A model generated the notes under the pieces. The model saw only the letters and a program-made list of their open reading frames with translations. It ran no database searches and was not told where the DNA came from. Of a DNA stretch of 64,000 bases, positions 36,634-46,308 are shown one piece after another. The position numbers and the translations under genes are program-made. The DNA lies in assembly GCA_046331705.1 (NCBI GenBank), contig JAXLQJ010000005.1:124001-188000 (forward strand), read 5' to 3'. Origin of the DNA: a bacterium. GTDB lineage: Bacteria > JADJOY01. Each line of letters starts with the position of its first letter. Within the stretch, counting starts at the first letter, position 1.

Positions 36634-38072
36634 GGCGCCATCTCCATCTTGGTCTCGAAACGCCGCCGCACGAAGTTGATCGCCTGGCGGACGATCTTGA
36701 GGGGATGGCTGAGCAGCTTGAGCAGCAAGAACGAGCGATAGAGCTTCATCCGGAAGAGCGAGAGCGCGGCGTAGTCGGCGCGCCAGCTCGGGCTGAAGCT
36801 GAGCTCGGATAGCGTCTCGTAGCCGGTGAGCTCGGGAAAGATCGCGGCGCCGGGGATCGGCGCCACCACGAAGAGCGCGATCTCGTCGAGGCCCCCGAGC
36901 GTGAGCGATCGCGCGAGATCGGCCGTTTGCTCGAGATCGGCCCCGGTCTCCCCGGGGAAGCCGAGCACGAAGCAGGCCTGCGATCGGATCCCGACCTCGT
37001 TCATGCGCCGCACCAGCCGCAGCGCGTGGCCGGGGTCGAACGGCTTCTCGATCAGATCCAGCACCCGTGCCGAGCCGCTCTCGGGCGAGATCGAGACGTA
37101 CCGGCAGCCGGCGGCCGCCATCAGGTCGATCGTCTCCTCGTCCTTGAGGGTCTCGACCTTGGTGCCGGCGACGATCTTCCACGTGACCTCGAGCTTGCGA
37201 TCGAGGATCTCCCGGCAGATCGCGCGCGTGCGGCGGTCGTCGATGGTCGGGTTCAAGTCCTCGACGTGGAACTCGCGCACGCCCAGGGTGCGCGCGAAGT
37301 GCTCCATCTCGTCCACCACGCTGGTCGCCGAACGCGGCCGCCAGGTGCGGCGGTTGGTCTTGGGGACCACGCAGAACCGACACGGGTACGGACAGCCACG
37401 TGACGTGAGGATGGGCAGGTAGCGGTCGCTGGTGAGCGGGCCGTGGGCGAAGTGGAGCCGCCAATAGCTCTCGACCGGGAAGAGATCCCAGGCCGGAAAC
37501 GGGAGCTGGTCGAGCGCTCGGTCGAAGCCTGCTGGCTCGTTGCGAAAGGACGGGCTCAGCACGCCGTCGACCTGTGCCAGCGAGGCGCGGTCGGATGCGA
37601 GCGCCGCGACCACCCGCAACCCTCGGCGCTCCGGCTCGCCGGTCAGCAGGTAATCCGCGCCCGCCTCGAACAAGGAGCCCGCCACGGGCTCGAGCGCGTA
37701 CGCCGTGACGGCCTGCGTGTTCTCGACCACGATCCGCGGCAGCGCGGGGTGCCGCTCGCGCAGCGCGCGCAGGATCGACACCACCGCCAGGTGGTTCACC
37801 ACCTGGTTCGCGTAGACGAACACGCCCACGGCATCGTCGGGGATCCGCTCCGCCACCTCGGCGGGCTCGAGCCCCAGCACCATGAACCCGTGCTCGCGCC
37901 GGACCTGGCGCGGAGCGCTCGCGAAGGCGTCGATCACGCGCACGTCGTGACCGGCGCCGCGCAACGTGGCGGCCAGCGACGCGAGGCCGATGGGCATGTA
38001 GACGATGCCCGTGGTGAAGCGATCGCTGCGCTGCACCAACAGATTGGGACTGACCAGCGCTACCGTGCTCAC
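36591..38072 (-). CDS. B12-binding domain radical SAM protein
   Basis: PIGLASLAA N-terminal cobalamin-binding-type domain; TSRGCPYPCRFC; ESGS; FVLGFPGET. Confidence 0.88.
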   Translation of the reverse strand: MSTVALVSPNLLVQRSDRFTTGIVYMPIGLASLAATLRGAGHDVRVIDAFASAPRQVRREHGFMVLGLEPAEVAERIPDDAVGVFVYANQVVNHLAVVSILRALRERHPALPRIVVENTQAVTAYALEPVAGSLFEAGADYLLTGEPERRGLRVVAALASDRASLAQVDGVLSPSFRNEPAGFDRALDQLPFPAWDLFPVESYWRLHFAHGPLTSDRYLPILTSRGCPYPCRFCVVPKTNRRTWRPRSATSVVDEMEHFARTLGVREFHVEDLNPTIDDRRTRAICREILDRKLEVTWKIVAGTKVETLKDEETIDLMAAAGCRYVSISPESGSARVLDLIEKPFDPGHALRLVRRMNEVGIRSQACFVLGFPGETGADLEQTADLARSLTLGGLDEIALFVVAPIPGAAIFPELTGYETLSELSFSPSWRADYAALSLFRMKLYRSFLLLKLLSHPLKIVRQAINFVRRRFETKMEMAPYRALVWTALDSRF

Positions 38073-38120
38073 GGGGATCTCGCGAGAAGAGTCTGGCGCA
38101 TCGGGCGCGACGACGGCCGG

Positions 38121-38843
38121 TCAGCGGAACCGGTAGCGCAGCAAGGTCTGGATCGCGATGAGCCCGTCGATCGCGCGGATCTTCTTGCCCTCCTCGACCG
38201 AGCGCGGCACGTATGCGATGGGGACCTCACGAATCGGGATCCCTTGATGGATGAGCTTCGCGGTCAGCTCGTGATCGGTCTCGAACCCGGCGGTCTCCAC
38301 CGTGATGCTGCGCAGGAACGAGGTCGGGTAGATCTTGTAGGCGGTGAGCAGGTCGGTCAGCCAGCGGCCGTAGAGCGCCAGCGTCAGCGTCGAGAGGAGG
38401 ATGTTCATCCCCCACGGACCGAGCCCCTGACGCGGATGTCGCGCCGGCGTCGGCCAGCGCCAGCCACGGTCGCGGAGCACGCCCAGCGGCCGGCTCCCGT
38501 ACACCGCGACGCGATCTTCCCCGCGCAACGCCTCGAGCATCGGCCGGTAATCACTCGGGTCGTACTCGAGATCGGCATCCTGGACGAGCACGAAGTCGCC
38601 GGTCGCCTCGCGCACGCCGTGCTGCACGGCGGCCCCCTTGCCGCGGTTCTCCTGGTGCAGCACGCGCGCGAAGCCGACCGACTCGGCGACCGAACGGGTG
38701 TCGTCCTTCGAACCGTCGTCGACCACCACGATCTCCTTCGCGTACCCGAGCCGCTCGGTATCCACGGCGAACACCCGCCGCAGCACCTCGGCGAGATGGG
38801 GGCCCTCGTTGAAGGCCGGCACGACGATACTGAGCGTCTTCAT
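38121..38843 (-). CDS. GT2 glycosyltransferase (DPM1/polyprenol-phosphate type)
   Basis: SIVVPAFNE, VDDGSKD, NRGKGAA, QDADLEY, EVPIAYVPRS..GKKI. Confidence 0.9.
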   Translation of the reverse strand: MKTLSIVVPAFNEGPHLAEVLRRVFAVDTERLGYAKEIVVVDDGSKDDTRSVAESVGFARVLHQENRGKGAAVQHGVREATGDFVLVQDADLEYDPSDYRPMLEALRGEDRVAVYGSRPLGVLRDRGWRWPTPARHPRQGLGPWGMNILLSTLTLALYGRWLTDLLTAYKIYPTSFLRSITVETAGFETDHELTAKLIHQGIPIREVPIAYVPRSVEEGKKIRAIDGLIAIQTLLRYRFR

Positions 38844-38877
38844 CGTTCATCCTCTCACGCGATCGACTCGGGAACGG

Positions 38878-40338
38878 TCACGGTGGCGCCGCCGACGTGC
38901 GCCGGCGCAGCTCGGCGCTCGCCAGCGCGAGATCGTCGGCGGTGTTGATGCCGAAGCTCTCGGTGACGTCGTCGAGACGCACCGCGAGCACGCTCCCCGC
39001 GCCTCGCTCGAAGCGCGGGAGCAGCGGCAGCAGATTGAGCTCGCCCGTGCGCGAGCCGCGCGCCGCCGGATCGCCGAGCTCGCGCAAGACCGAGAACAAC
39101 GCGGCGGCGTCGAACGCGAACACACCGCAATCGCTCTCGCCGGGCCCGGCGCCCATCGGGTCTCCCTCGCGCTGCTGTCGGACACGGAGGAGCCGGCCCT
39201 GCGTATCGCGCTCGAAGCGGATGTAGGGATCGTCGCGCATCACCGTGGGAAGGGTGAGCAAGGCGCCCAGGCGGCGCTCGTGTGCGCCGACGCAAGCGCC
39301 GAGGGTCCGCTCCCGAACCAGCACCTGGTCTCCCCACACCACCAGCGCGCCGGGCGTCCGCACCTCGGGCTCCGCGCGGATCACCGCGTCGGCCATGCCG
39401 ATGGGGCTGGGCTGCTCGACCACTCGCGCCGCCTCGCCCAGCCTGGCGCGCACGATCGGCTCCACCTCGGCGCGCGCCGCGGGCGCCACCACGAACACGA
39501 ACCGCGACGCCACCGGCTCGATCGCGTCGACGAGCCAGTCGAGCGCGGTCCGTCCGAGCACCGGACAGAGCAGCTTGGGCCGATCCAGCCCGAGCCGCGA
39601 GCCGCGCCCTGCAGCGGGGATGATCGCCGTCCACCGCTCCTTCCGCACCGGCCGATCCGGAAGCTCCGCGATCGCCACCACACGTCTGGGCTCCGACGAC
39701 GCGAGCTCCGCGACACCGTCGATGACGGTCTCGGCCCCCAGCGCCACGAGCTCCTCGGGGAGCAGCAGCCCGGCGCAACCGATCACCGCCAAACCGGCGG
39801 CGCGTGCGGCGCCGATCCCGGCCGCGGAGTCCTCGACCACCCGCACCGCCCCGGGAGGAACGTCGAGCGCGCTCAGCGAGCGTAGATAGATCTCCGGCGC
39901 GGGCTTGGCCGCGCGGACGTCCTCGCCGCTGATCACGCTGGCGAAGAGCGCGCGGCTGTGGGAAGCGTCGAGGAAGATCTCGACGGCGTCGCGGCTGGCG
40001 GCGCTGGCGAGCGCCAGCCGGTGGCGGGCGGCGAGCGCCGCGAGGGTCTCGGCCACGCGCGGCGCCAAGGGCGGCGCCGCGCGCAGGTGCGCGCGAGCGA
40101 GCTCGCGCTTGCGCGCGACCAGCGTCCGCAGCAGCTCGTCGTCGACGGCGACGCCCGCCTCGCCCAGCAGCCGCGCGATCGCCTCGTCGGTGCGCACGCC
40201 AGCGATCCGCGCGTAGTCGACGGCGACGCCGAACGGCTCGAGCGTGCGCCGGAACGACTCGCCGTGGATCGCCGCGGAATCCCAGAGCACGCCATCGAGA
40301 TCGAAGATGAGCGCATCGACCCCGGCGAGCACGCTCAA
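38878..40338 (-). CDS. HAD-family phosphatase fused to a GlmU-like nucleotidyltransferase
   Basis: TTG start overlapping the upstream stop; FDLDGVL, KPAPEIY, VEDS..GI; then AIIPAAGRGSRL..PK, QPSPIGMADA, WGD, GINTADDL. Confidence 0.82.
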   Translation of the reverse strand: MSVLAGVDALIFDLDGVLWDSAAIHGESFRRTLEPFGVAVDYARIAGVRTDEAIARLLGEAGVAVDDELLRTLVARKRELARAHLRAAPPLAPRVAETLAALAARHRLALASAASRDAVEIFLDASHSRALFASVISGEDVRAAKPAPEIYLRSLSALDVPPGAVRVVEDSAAGIGAARAAGLAVIGCAGLLLPEELVALGAETVIDGVAELASSEPRRVVAIAELPDRPVRKERWTAIIPAAGRGSRLGLDRPKLLCPVLGRTALDWLVDAIEPVASRFVFVVAPAARAEVEPIVRARLGEAARVVEQPSPIGMADAVIRAEPEVRTPGALVVWGDQVLVRERTLGACVGAHERRLGALLTLPTVMRDDPYIRFERDTQGRLLRVRQQREGDPMGAGPGESDCGVFAFDAAALFSVLRELGDPAARGSRTGELNLLPLLPRFERGAGSVLAVRLDDVTESFGINTADDLALASAELRRRTSAAPP

Positions 40339-41315
40339 GGACGGCTCCGCGCGAGCACCAGGAACTGCGACAGGTGGTACGTGAACGGCAGGTGCCCGAG
40401 CCCGAGCGCGCGGACCAAGCGATGCAGCGGTCCGACCGGCCGCGCGCACAGCGACGCTCGCTGCAGCACGTAGCCCCATTCGAGGGTCTGCCAGAGCGGC
40501 CGGATCGCGAGCACGTCGAAGCCGCGCTCGTCCAGGAAGCGGCGGATCGTGGCGCGGTCGAAGTACGTGAGATGGACGCTGAGGAAGAAGGGCCAGCGCC
40601 AGCCCATCGCGCGGGCGACGACCCCCGAGAGATCCGGATAGCTCACCACCAGGTGCCCGCCGGGGCGCAGGACCCGCCGCACCTCGGTGATCGCCGCGCT
40701 CGGATCGGTGAGATGCTCGAGGACGTCCCACAGCGTCACCAGGTCGAACGAGGACTCGGGAAAACGCTGCTCCGCGAGCGTGCCGGCCCGGACGTCCACG
40801 CCGTAGCCGTCGCGCGCCTGGCTCGCGAGCCAGCGGCTCGGCTCGACTCCCGTCGCGGCGTATCCGCGTTGCTTCGCGGCAGCGGGAAACGCGCCACCGG
40901 CGCAGCCGACGTCGAGCACGCGGGTGGCGCGCGGGTCGAGCGCGAGCTGCCGCTCCAACCACCGCAGGCTGCGGTCGAAGGTCCGGATGCGCATCGGGTT
41001 CTGCTCGAAGAAGGTCGGATCCACCGCGTCGGCGTAGGCGGACACGATGAGATCGGCACGAATCCGCGGGCTCAGGTACGCGACCGAGCAGCGGTCGCAG
41101 CGGACGAGCTGGTCGAAGAGCTCGCGGTCGCTCGCCGAGCGATAGATCTCGGCCAGCGTTGCCGGGGTCAGCTCCGCCGGGTAGCGGGCGGCGCGCATCA
41201 CCGAGAACCGCTCGCTCCCACAGAGCGGACACGGAACGTTCTCCAGGAGGTCGGACGTTCGAATCGCCCCGCCACGGTCATCCGGCGATGGGGCAGCGAC
41301 AGGCGCCGAGTCCAC
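40335..41315 (-). CDS. Class I SAM-dependent methyltransferase with N-terminal Zn-binding motif
   Basis: CPLC..CDRC; VLDVGCAGG; FDLVTLWDVLEH; LRPGG. Confidence 0.88.
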   Translation of the reverse strand: MDSAPVAAPSPDDRGGAIRTSDLLENVPCPLCGSERFSVMRAARYPAELTPATLAEIYRSASDRELFDQLVRCDRCSVAYLSPRIRADLIVSAYADAVDPTFFEQNPMRIRTFDRSLRWLERQLALDPRATRVLDVGCAGGAFPAAAKQRGYAATGVEPSRWLASQARDGYGVDVRAGTLAEQRFPESSFDLVTLWDVLEHLTDPSAAITEVRRVLRPGGHLVVSYPDLSGVVARAMGWRWPFFLSVHLTYFDRATIRRFLDERGFDVLAIRPLWQTLEWGYVLQRASLCARPVGPLHRLVRALGLGHLPFTYHLSQFLVLARSRP

Positions 41316-41634
41316 GTCGATCTCCTCGATTCAGCGTCGCGCGAATGCGCGCGAGCGCGAGCGCGACGGGCGGACCGGCCCGGGACGTCGGCCCGAGACG
41401 CGCGCACGCGCTCGGATCGGGTGCGGCCGCATCGACGACGAGGGATCGAGCACTGGCAAGCGCTGGTGGGTGATCCGCACGGGAATTCGGGGCGCGTGTA
41501 TCTTGGCGCGCGCGCTCGGCGCTGGCGAGGGAGTCGCCGCTGGGATGCGGCTCGGCGCCGCGAAGCCCCCCGCGCCGCCGCGTCGAGCCAGCCACGCACG
41601 CGAACCGCAACCGCGCACCGAACCCTTGCCGTCC

Positions 41635-43176
41635 ATGAGCGGTAGCGAACGCCAGCCGACGCCCGAGCCGCTCGCGGCGTCGCCCGCGCCGTCTTTCGCC
41701 CCGCCACGGGTGGCGCTCGGCGTGGCGCTGCTCATCGCGCTCGCGTTCCTGTTCGTCCACTCGTCCTCGGCGGCGATCGTGGGGCTCGATCCGACCTTCG
41801 GCATCCGCAACGCGGAAGCTCGGGGCGCTTGGTTGGTTCTCGGTGCTGTCGCAGGGGCGCTGACGTGTGCGCGCCCGCTGGCGGGCTATGCGAGCCAGCG
41901 GCGCCTCGCTGGGCGCGGTGCGAGCGCCGGCGGCCAGGGCCCGAACGTGCGGTGGGCTTCGCGGGCGCTCGCGATCTCGTCACTCGCGTGCCTCGCGATC
42001 GGTGCGCTGCGCGTGGTCGCGTACTTCTCGCGAGCGCGCCTTCCGGGACTCGAGCCCGACGTGGCCGCTTATGTCCACCTGGCGCGTGCCATGACGCACG
42101 CCTACGACACCGGCCCGCGCGAGCCGCTCGTGATCTGGCTCGCGCGCGTCGCGCTCGGGATCGCCGGCGATGGCCGCATCGCGCCGGCGCTGCTGACGTC
42201 GGCGTTGTTCCCAATCCTGGCGCTCCAGGTGTTTCGGCTCGCGTACTCGATCGTGCCGAGGTTCGAGGTCGCGTGGGCGAGCGCAGCGGTCTTCCTCTCG
42301 AACCAGGAGATGCTGGCGCTCGCGTGCTCGGGAGTGCGCGACACCTACTTCCTGAGCGGCCTCGTGGTGCTGGCGCGGCTCGCGGTCACTCCGGGCACCG
42401 CGCTGAGCCCGTGGCGCTGGGCGGCGTGGCTCACGGTCGGCTGCCTGGCGACCATCGGCATCCGCATCACGAGCCTGCCGCCGGTGCTCGTGCTGGTGGC
42501 GTACATCGTGGTACGCAACCGGCTGCGGCCGGTGTTGCTGGTGCCCGCGCTGGCCGCGACGATCGTGGTGCTCGGTCCGTATCTCGTCCAGTGCCAGCGG
42601 CAGTACGGCGACGCCTTCCATTCGGCCAACATCCACGCCGTGTGGTGGCGCAACTACGAGTTCGTGACGCTGAAGGGCACCGGCTGCTCGGGATGCCCGA
42701 CTCGCGAGGAGCTGGCGACGAACCCCTACGCAGGCGCACCCACGTCCACGTTCCGGTACGTGTTCGGGATGCGGTCGCTGCCCGAGCTGACCACCCAGAC
42801 GATTCGCGGCGCGATCGCCCTCTTCCTGGACCCGACGTCGAAGTACTTCCGCTTCTTCCTCGGCGTGCGTCACCGGAACACGCTGGGCGGACAGGTGTTG
42901 AGCTACCTCATGCTCGCGCTGCCTTTCTACGCGAGCGTGATGGCGCCGCTGCCCTGGCACCGGCGCGTGCTGTTCCTGGTGCCGGTACTCTTCATCAACG
43001 TCTCGGTGTTCACCGCCATGCTGGACATGCCGGAGCGCATCTTCGCGGCGGCGATCCCGTTCGCGGCGATCGCGTGGGGGGTCGGCGGCGGCGAGATCGC
43101 CCGCGCGTTGCGGCACCTCGCCGGCGTGGAAGCGAGCAGCACCGGGCCGAGCGGCTGGATCGCGAGCGCGACGTAG
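41635..43176 (+). CDS. Polytopic membrane protein, probable GT-C (ArnT/PMT-like) glycosyltransferase
   Basis: About 12 hydrophobic segments; EPDVAAYV..REP first-loop motif; GVRD; beside the GT2 cluster. Start uncertain. Confidence 0.6.
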   Translation: MSGSERQPTPEPLAASPAPSFAPPRVALGVALLIALAFLFVHSSSAAIVGLDPTFGIRNAEARGAWLVLGAVAGALTCARPLAGYASQRRLAGRGASAGGQGPNVRWASRALAISSLACLAIGALRVVAYFSRARLPGLEPDVAAYVHLARAMTHAYDTGPREPLVIWLARVALGIAGDGRIAPALLTSALFPILALQVFRLAYSIVPRFEVAWASAAVFLSNQEMLALACSGVRDTYFLSGLVVLARLAVTPGTALSPWRWAAWLTVGCLATIGIRITSLPPVLVLVAYIVVRNRLRPVLLVPALAATIVVLGPYLVQCQRQYGDAFHSANIHAVWWRNYEFVTLKGTGCSGCPTREELATNPYAGAPTSTFRYVFGMRSLPELTTQTIRGAIALFLDPTSKYFRFFLGVRHRNTLGGQVLSYLMLALPFYASVMAPLPWHRRVLFLVPVLFINVSVFTAMLDMPERIFAAAIPFAAIAWGVGGGEIARALRHLAGVEASSTGPSGWIASAT

Positions 43177-43304
43177 CGCGCGTCCATCCGTCGGAGCGGT
43201 CCCGCCCGAGAGCGGAGCCTGCGCGGCCGCCGCGCGCCGCGCTGCGCGGCTTCGCCGCGATGGGCGGGGGTCGGCACGGCTCCCGCAAGAAACTTGACTC
43301 GAAA

Positions 43305-43318
43305 TAGAACACGTTCTA
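43305..43318. promoter_or_regulatory. Perfect palindrome TAGAAC-AC-GTTCTA (KstR-type TnnAACnnGTTnnA operator)
   Basis: Sits just 3' of a TTGACT -35 hexamer (43294-43299) and 35 nt before the GMC start codon. Confidence 0.65.
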
Positions 43319-43353
43319 CATCGGACCCTCTTCCCCCCATCGGAGCGTCGTCC

Positions 43354-44979
43354 ATGTCGAACGCGAGCTACGACTACATCGTGATCGGTGCCGGTTCCGC
43401 CGGTTGCGTCATCGCCAACCGACTCGGCGAGGATCCCAAGACGCGGATACTCGTCATCGAGGCCGGCGGCAGCGACAAATCGTTCCTGTTTCGACGACCC
43501 GGCGCGCTGGCGATCGTCTACGAGAGCCCACAGCTCAAGGCGATGAGCGATTGGGGTTACAAGACCGCGCCCCAGAAGTTCATGGACGGCCGGGTGATGC
43601 CGTGGACACGCGGCAAGGTGCTGGGCGGATGCAGCTCGGTGAACGGCATGCTCTACATCCGTGGACACCGCGCCAACTACGACGAGTGGCGCGATTGGGG
43701 GAACCCGGGCTGGGGCTACGACGAGGTCCTGCCCTACTTCAAGAAGTCGGAAGGCTTCGAGAAGGGCGAGAGCACCTACCACGGCGGGCGCGGACCGCTC
43801 GGCGTGACCAGCCAGGACGGCCAGTCGATCGTCACCCACGCCTTCAACAAGGCGATGGCCGGCGCGTGTGGCGTGCCGGTGATCGACGATTTCAACGGCG
43901 AGCAACAGGAAGGCGCGTGCTCGTACCACCAGACGTGCGCCAACCGAAAGCGCATCAGCACCGCGGTGGCGTTTCTCTACCCCGCCATGGAGCGCGGGAA
44001 CGTCGAGGTCGCCGACAAGGCCCTCGTCCACAAGATCGTGATCGAGAACGGCCGCGCCACCGGTGTCGTCTACTCGCGCAACGGAGCGCTCGTGACCGCC
44101 CGCGCCGGCACCGAGGTGATCCTCTCGGCGGGCGCCATCGGCTCGCCGCAGATCCTGATGCTCTCGGGCGTCGGCCCCGCGGACCATCTGCGCTCGCTCG
44201 GCATCGACGTCGCGGCCGATCTGCCGGGCGTCGGTCAGAACCTCCACGACCACCTGATGGTCCCCGTTCGCTACGAGACCACCGCGGCGTCCGGCCACAC
44301 CAGCACGGCCCCCCACTACCTCGGGGGCATGCTGCGCGACTTCCTCTTCAACTCGGGCTGGTTCGGGAAGACGTTCCTGGAAGGCGGCGCGTTCGTGAAG
44401 ACGCGCGGCGAGGAGCCGATTCCCGACCTGCAGTTCTTCGGCCTGCCGTGGGCGTATCCGGAACCCAACGACGACGGCCCCAAGAAGGGCGTCATCTCGA
44501 AGAAGCCGAGCTTCACGGTGCTCGCGGGGATGATCTATCCGAAGAGCCGCGGCGAGGTGCGCTTGCTGAGCACCGACCCCAACGCCGCGCCGCTCATCGA
44601 CCCGCACTACCTCGAGCACGAGGACGACATGCGGGTGATGATGCGCGGCCTCGAGATCGCGCGCCAGGTGGGCGGCCAGGATCCCTTCAAGCAATACGTG
44701 ATCGCGGAGCGCACGCCCGGATCGAGCTGCGCGAGCGCCGACCAGCTTCGCGCCCACATCCGGCTCTTCGCGAAGACGATCTATCACCCGGTGGGCACCT
44801 GCAAGATGGGCAACGACGCGCTCGCGGTGGTGAACCACGCGCTGCGGGTGCGCGGCGTGGAGCGGCTGCGCGTGGCCGACGCATCGATCATGCCCAAGAT
44901 CGTGGGCGGCAACACCAACGCGCCGTCGATCATGATCGGCGAGAAGTGCGCCGATCTGATCAAGAACGCCACGGCGTGA
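43354..44979 (+). CDS. GMC-family FAD oxidoreductase (choline dehydrogenase-like)
   Basis: YDYIVIGAGSAG, RGKVLGGCSSVNGM, AGAIGSPQILMLSGVG, VGQNLHDH, YHPVGTC, GNTNAP. Confidence 0.93.
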   Translation: MSNASYDYIVIGAGSAGCVIANRLGEDPKTRILVIEAGGSDKSFLFRRPGALAIVYESPQLKAMSDWGYKTAPQKFMDGRVMPWTRGKVLGGCSSVNGMLYIRGHRANYDEWRDWGNPGWGYDEVLPYFKKSEGFEKGESTYHGGRGPLGVTSQDGQSIVTHAFNKAMAGACGVPVIDDFNGEQQEGACSYHQTCANRKRISTAVAFLYPAMERGNVEVADKALVHKIVIENGRATGVVYSRNGALVTARAGTEVILSAGAIGSPQILMLSGVGPADHLRSLGIDVAADLPGVGQNLHDHLMVPVRYETTAASGHTSTAPHYLGGMLRDFLFNSGWFGKTFLEGGAFVKTRGEEPIPDLQFFGLPWAYPEPNDDGPKKGVISKKPSFTVLAGMIYPKSRGEVRLLSTDPNAAPLIDPHYLEHEDDMRVMMRGLEIARQVGGQDPFKQYVIAERTPGSSCASADQLRAHIRLFAKTIYHPVGTCKMGNDALAVVNHALRVRGVERLRVADASIMPKIVGGNTNAPSIMIGEKCADLIKNATA

Positions 44980-44992
44980 GAGGACGCGACCG

Positions 44993-45760
44993 ATGAGATC
45001 CGCCGCCAAACGCGCTCGGCCCGAGCAGGTGCTCGAGCCCGGGCAATACCGCATCGCCGATCGGATCGTGTCGCTGCCGGTGTGGGTGCGCGACGCGAGC
45101 GTGGCGTTCGCGAGCTTCAGCGTGCCGACCCGCGCGGCCAAGGCGGTGATCGGGAACCCGCGCGTCGAGCTCGCCGAGGTGTTTCCTGGTCGCGCGATGG
45201 CGAGCATCGCCGCGATCGAGTATCGCGAGAACGATCTCGGCCAATACAACGAGCTCGCGATCGCGTTCGTGGTGCGGATGGGCGGCGGCCGCGCGCTGCC
45301 GCTCGTCGGCATGACCATCGACTCGATGCGCGGCAACATCGGCACCTACATCCATCGCCTACCGGTCACCACCGAGTTCTCGTGCGAAGCCGGTCGCGCC
45401 ATCTGGGGGCTGCCCAAGACCGTCGAGAAGATCTCCATCCGCGAGGAGAGCGGAAAGCGCATCGCCACGCTCACGTCGGGCGACGACCACGTGCTCACGC
45501 TGATGGTGAAGGCCGGCGGCAAGCGCACGTTCCACGAGGCACCGCTGGTGGCGCTCGCGACCCTCGATGGCGTGCTGCGGAAGACGCCGTTCAGCGCCAG
45601 CGGCAGCGGGCTCGGCTTTCGCCTCGGCGGCGCGAGCCTGACCCTCGGCAAGCACCCCATCGCCGACGAGCTGCGTTTCCTCGGGTTGCCCAAACGCGCG
45701 CTCATGAGCGGTGGCGTGGCGAAGATGAGCGCGCGCTACGAAGCGGCCGTGGAGCTGTGA
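44993..45760 (+). CDS. Acetoacetate decarboxylase-like (ADC) family protein
   Basis: EYRENDLGQYNELAI, YIHRLPV, GRAIWGLPK Schiff-base Lys motif. Confidence 0.8.
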   Translation: MRSAAKRARPEQVLEPGQYRIADRIVSLPVWVRDASVAFASFSVPTRAAKAVIGNPRVELAEVFPGRAMASIAAIEYRENDLGQYNELAIAFVVRMGGGRALPLVGMTIDSMRGNIGTYIHRLPVTTEFSCEAGRAIWGLPKTVEKISIREESGKRIATLTSGDDHVLTLMVKAGGKRTFHEAPLVALATLDGVLRKTPFSASGSGLGFRLGGASLTLGKHPIADELRFLGLPKRALMSGGVAKMSARYEAAVEL

Positions 45761-46308
45761 GCCTGCTCGTCACGGCCGCGTCTTCGCTCGACGGCAGTCG
45801 ACTCGAGCGCGGTGCTCCACCCCGGCGGCGTTGGCGAGCGATTCGCTCGCCGCTTCGCGCGCTCGTGCTCGTCGGGTGCGCGGCGCTCGCCGCTTCCTGC
45901 CACCGCGAGCCCCCCGCCGCGACACCGGAGGCCGCGCTCGGCGGATTGCTCGCCGCCGCGGCGGATCGAGACGAGATGCACGCGCGCCGCTTCCTCACCA
46001 GCCGCACGCTCGAGCTGATGGGCTCGATCGAGAGCACGGCCCGCGCCATCCACGCCACCAACGTCCCCGAGCACGTGCTCGCGAGCTTCCTCGAGAACTT
46101 CGCGCGCCAAGCGCCTGCGCTCATTGGCGCCGAGCCGAGTGGCAATCACGCCACCCTCGCGATCCGCTACCGCAGCGGTCACGCCGCGCGGCCTCGACTT
46201 CCGGAAGGAAGACGGCGCCTGGAAGCTCGATCTCACGAAGACCTGGAGCCGAAGCCGCGGCGCTCCTCGAAGGCGCGCGCGGCCGCCTCGAGGCCTCGCC
46301 CGTGGTGA
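45757..46308 (+). CDS. Putative lipoprotein (DUF4878-like), apparent frameshift near 46190
   Basis: GTGA overlap; lipobox LAASC; the expected C-terminal LDFRKEDGAWKLDL lies in a different frame. Confidence 0.5.
   Translation: MSLLVTAASSLDGSRLERGAPPRRRWRAIRSPLRALVLVGCAALAASCHREPPAATPEAALGGLLAAAADRDEMHARRFLTSRTLELMGSIESTARAIHATNVPEHVLASFLENFARQAPALIGAEPSGNHATLAIRYRSGHAARPRLPEGRRRLEARSHEDLEPKPRRSSKARAAASRPRPW

Noticed and set aside
43305-43318. LexA/SOS box interpretation of GAAC..GTTC
   Set aside because: The Gram-positive SOS box has a 4-nt spacer; here it is 2 nt, matching the KstR-type pattern, and the downstream gene is not a repair gene.
41980-45345. 1121-aa minus-strand ORF, and similar long antisense ORFs such as 2433-4214, 22072-24093 and 33748-35775
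   Set aside because: Shadow frames of well-supported opposite-strand genes in high-GC DNA; no motifs and Arg/Ala/Gly-biased composition.
46180-46240. Programmed ribosomal frameshift in the lipoprotein gene
   Set aside because: No slippery heptamer seen, and many further indels nearby point to sequence error or decay.
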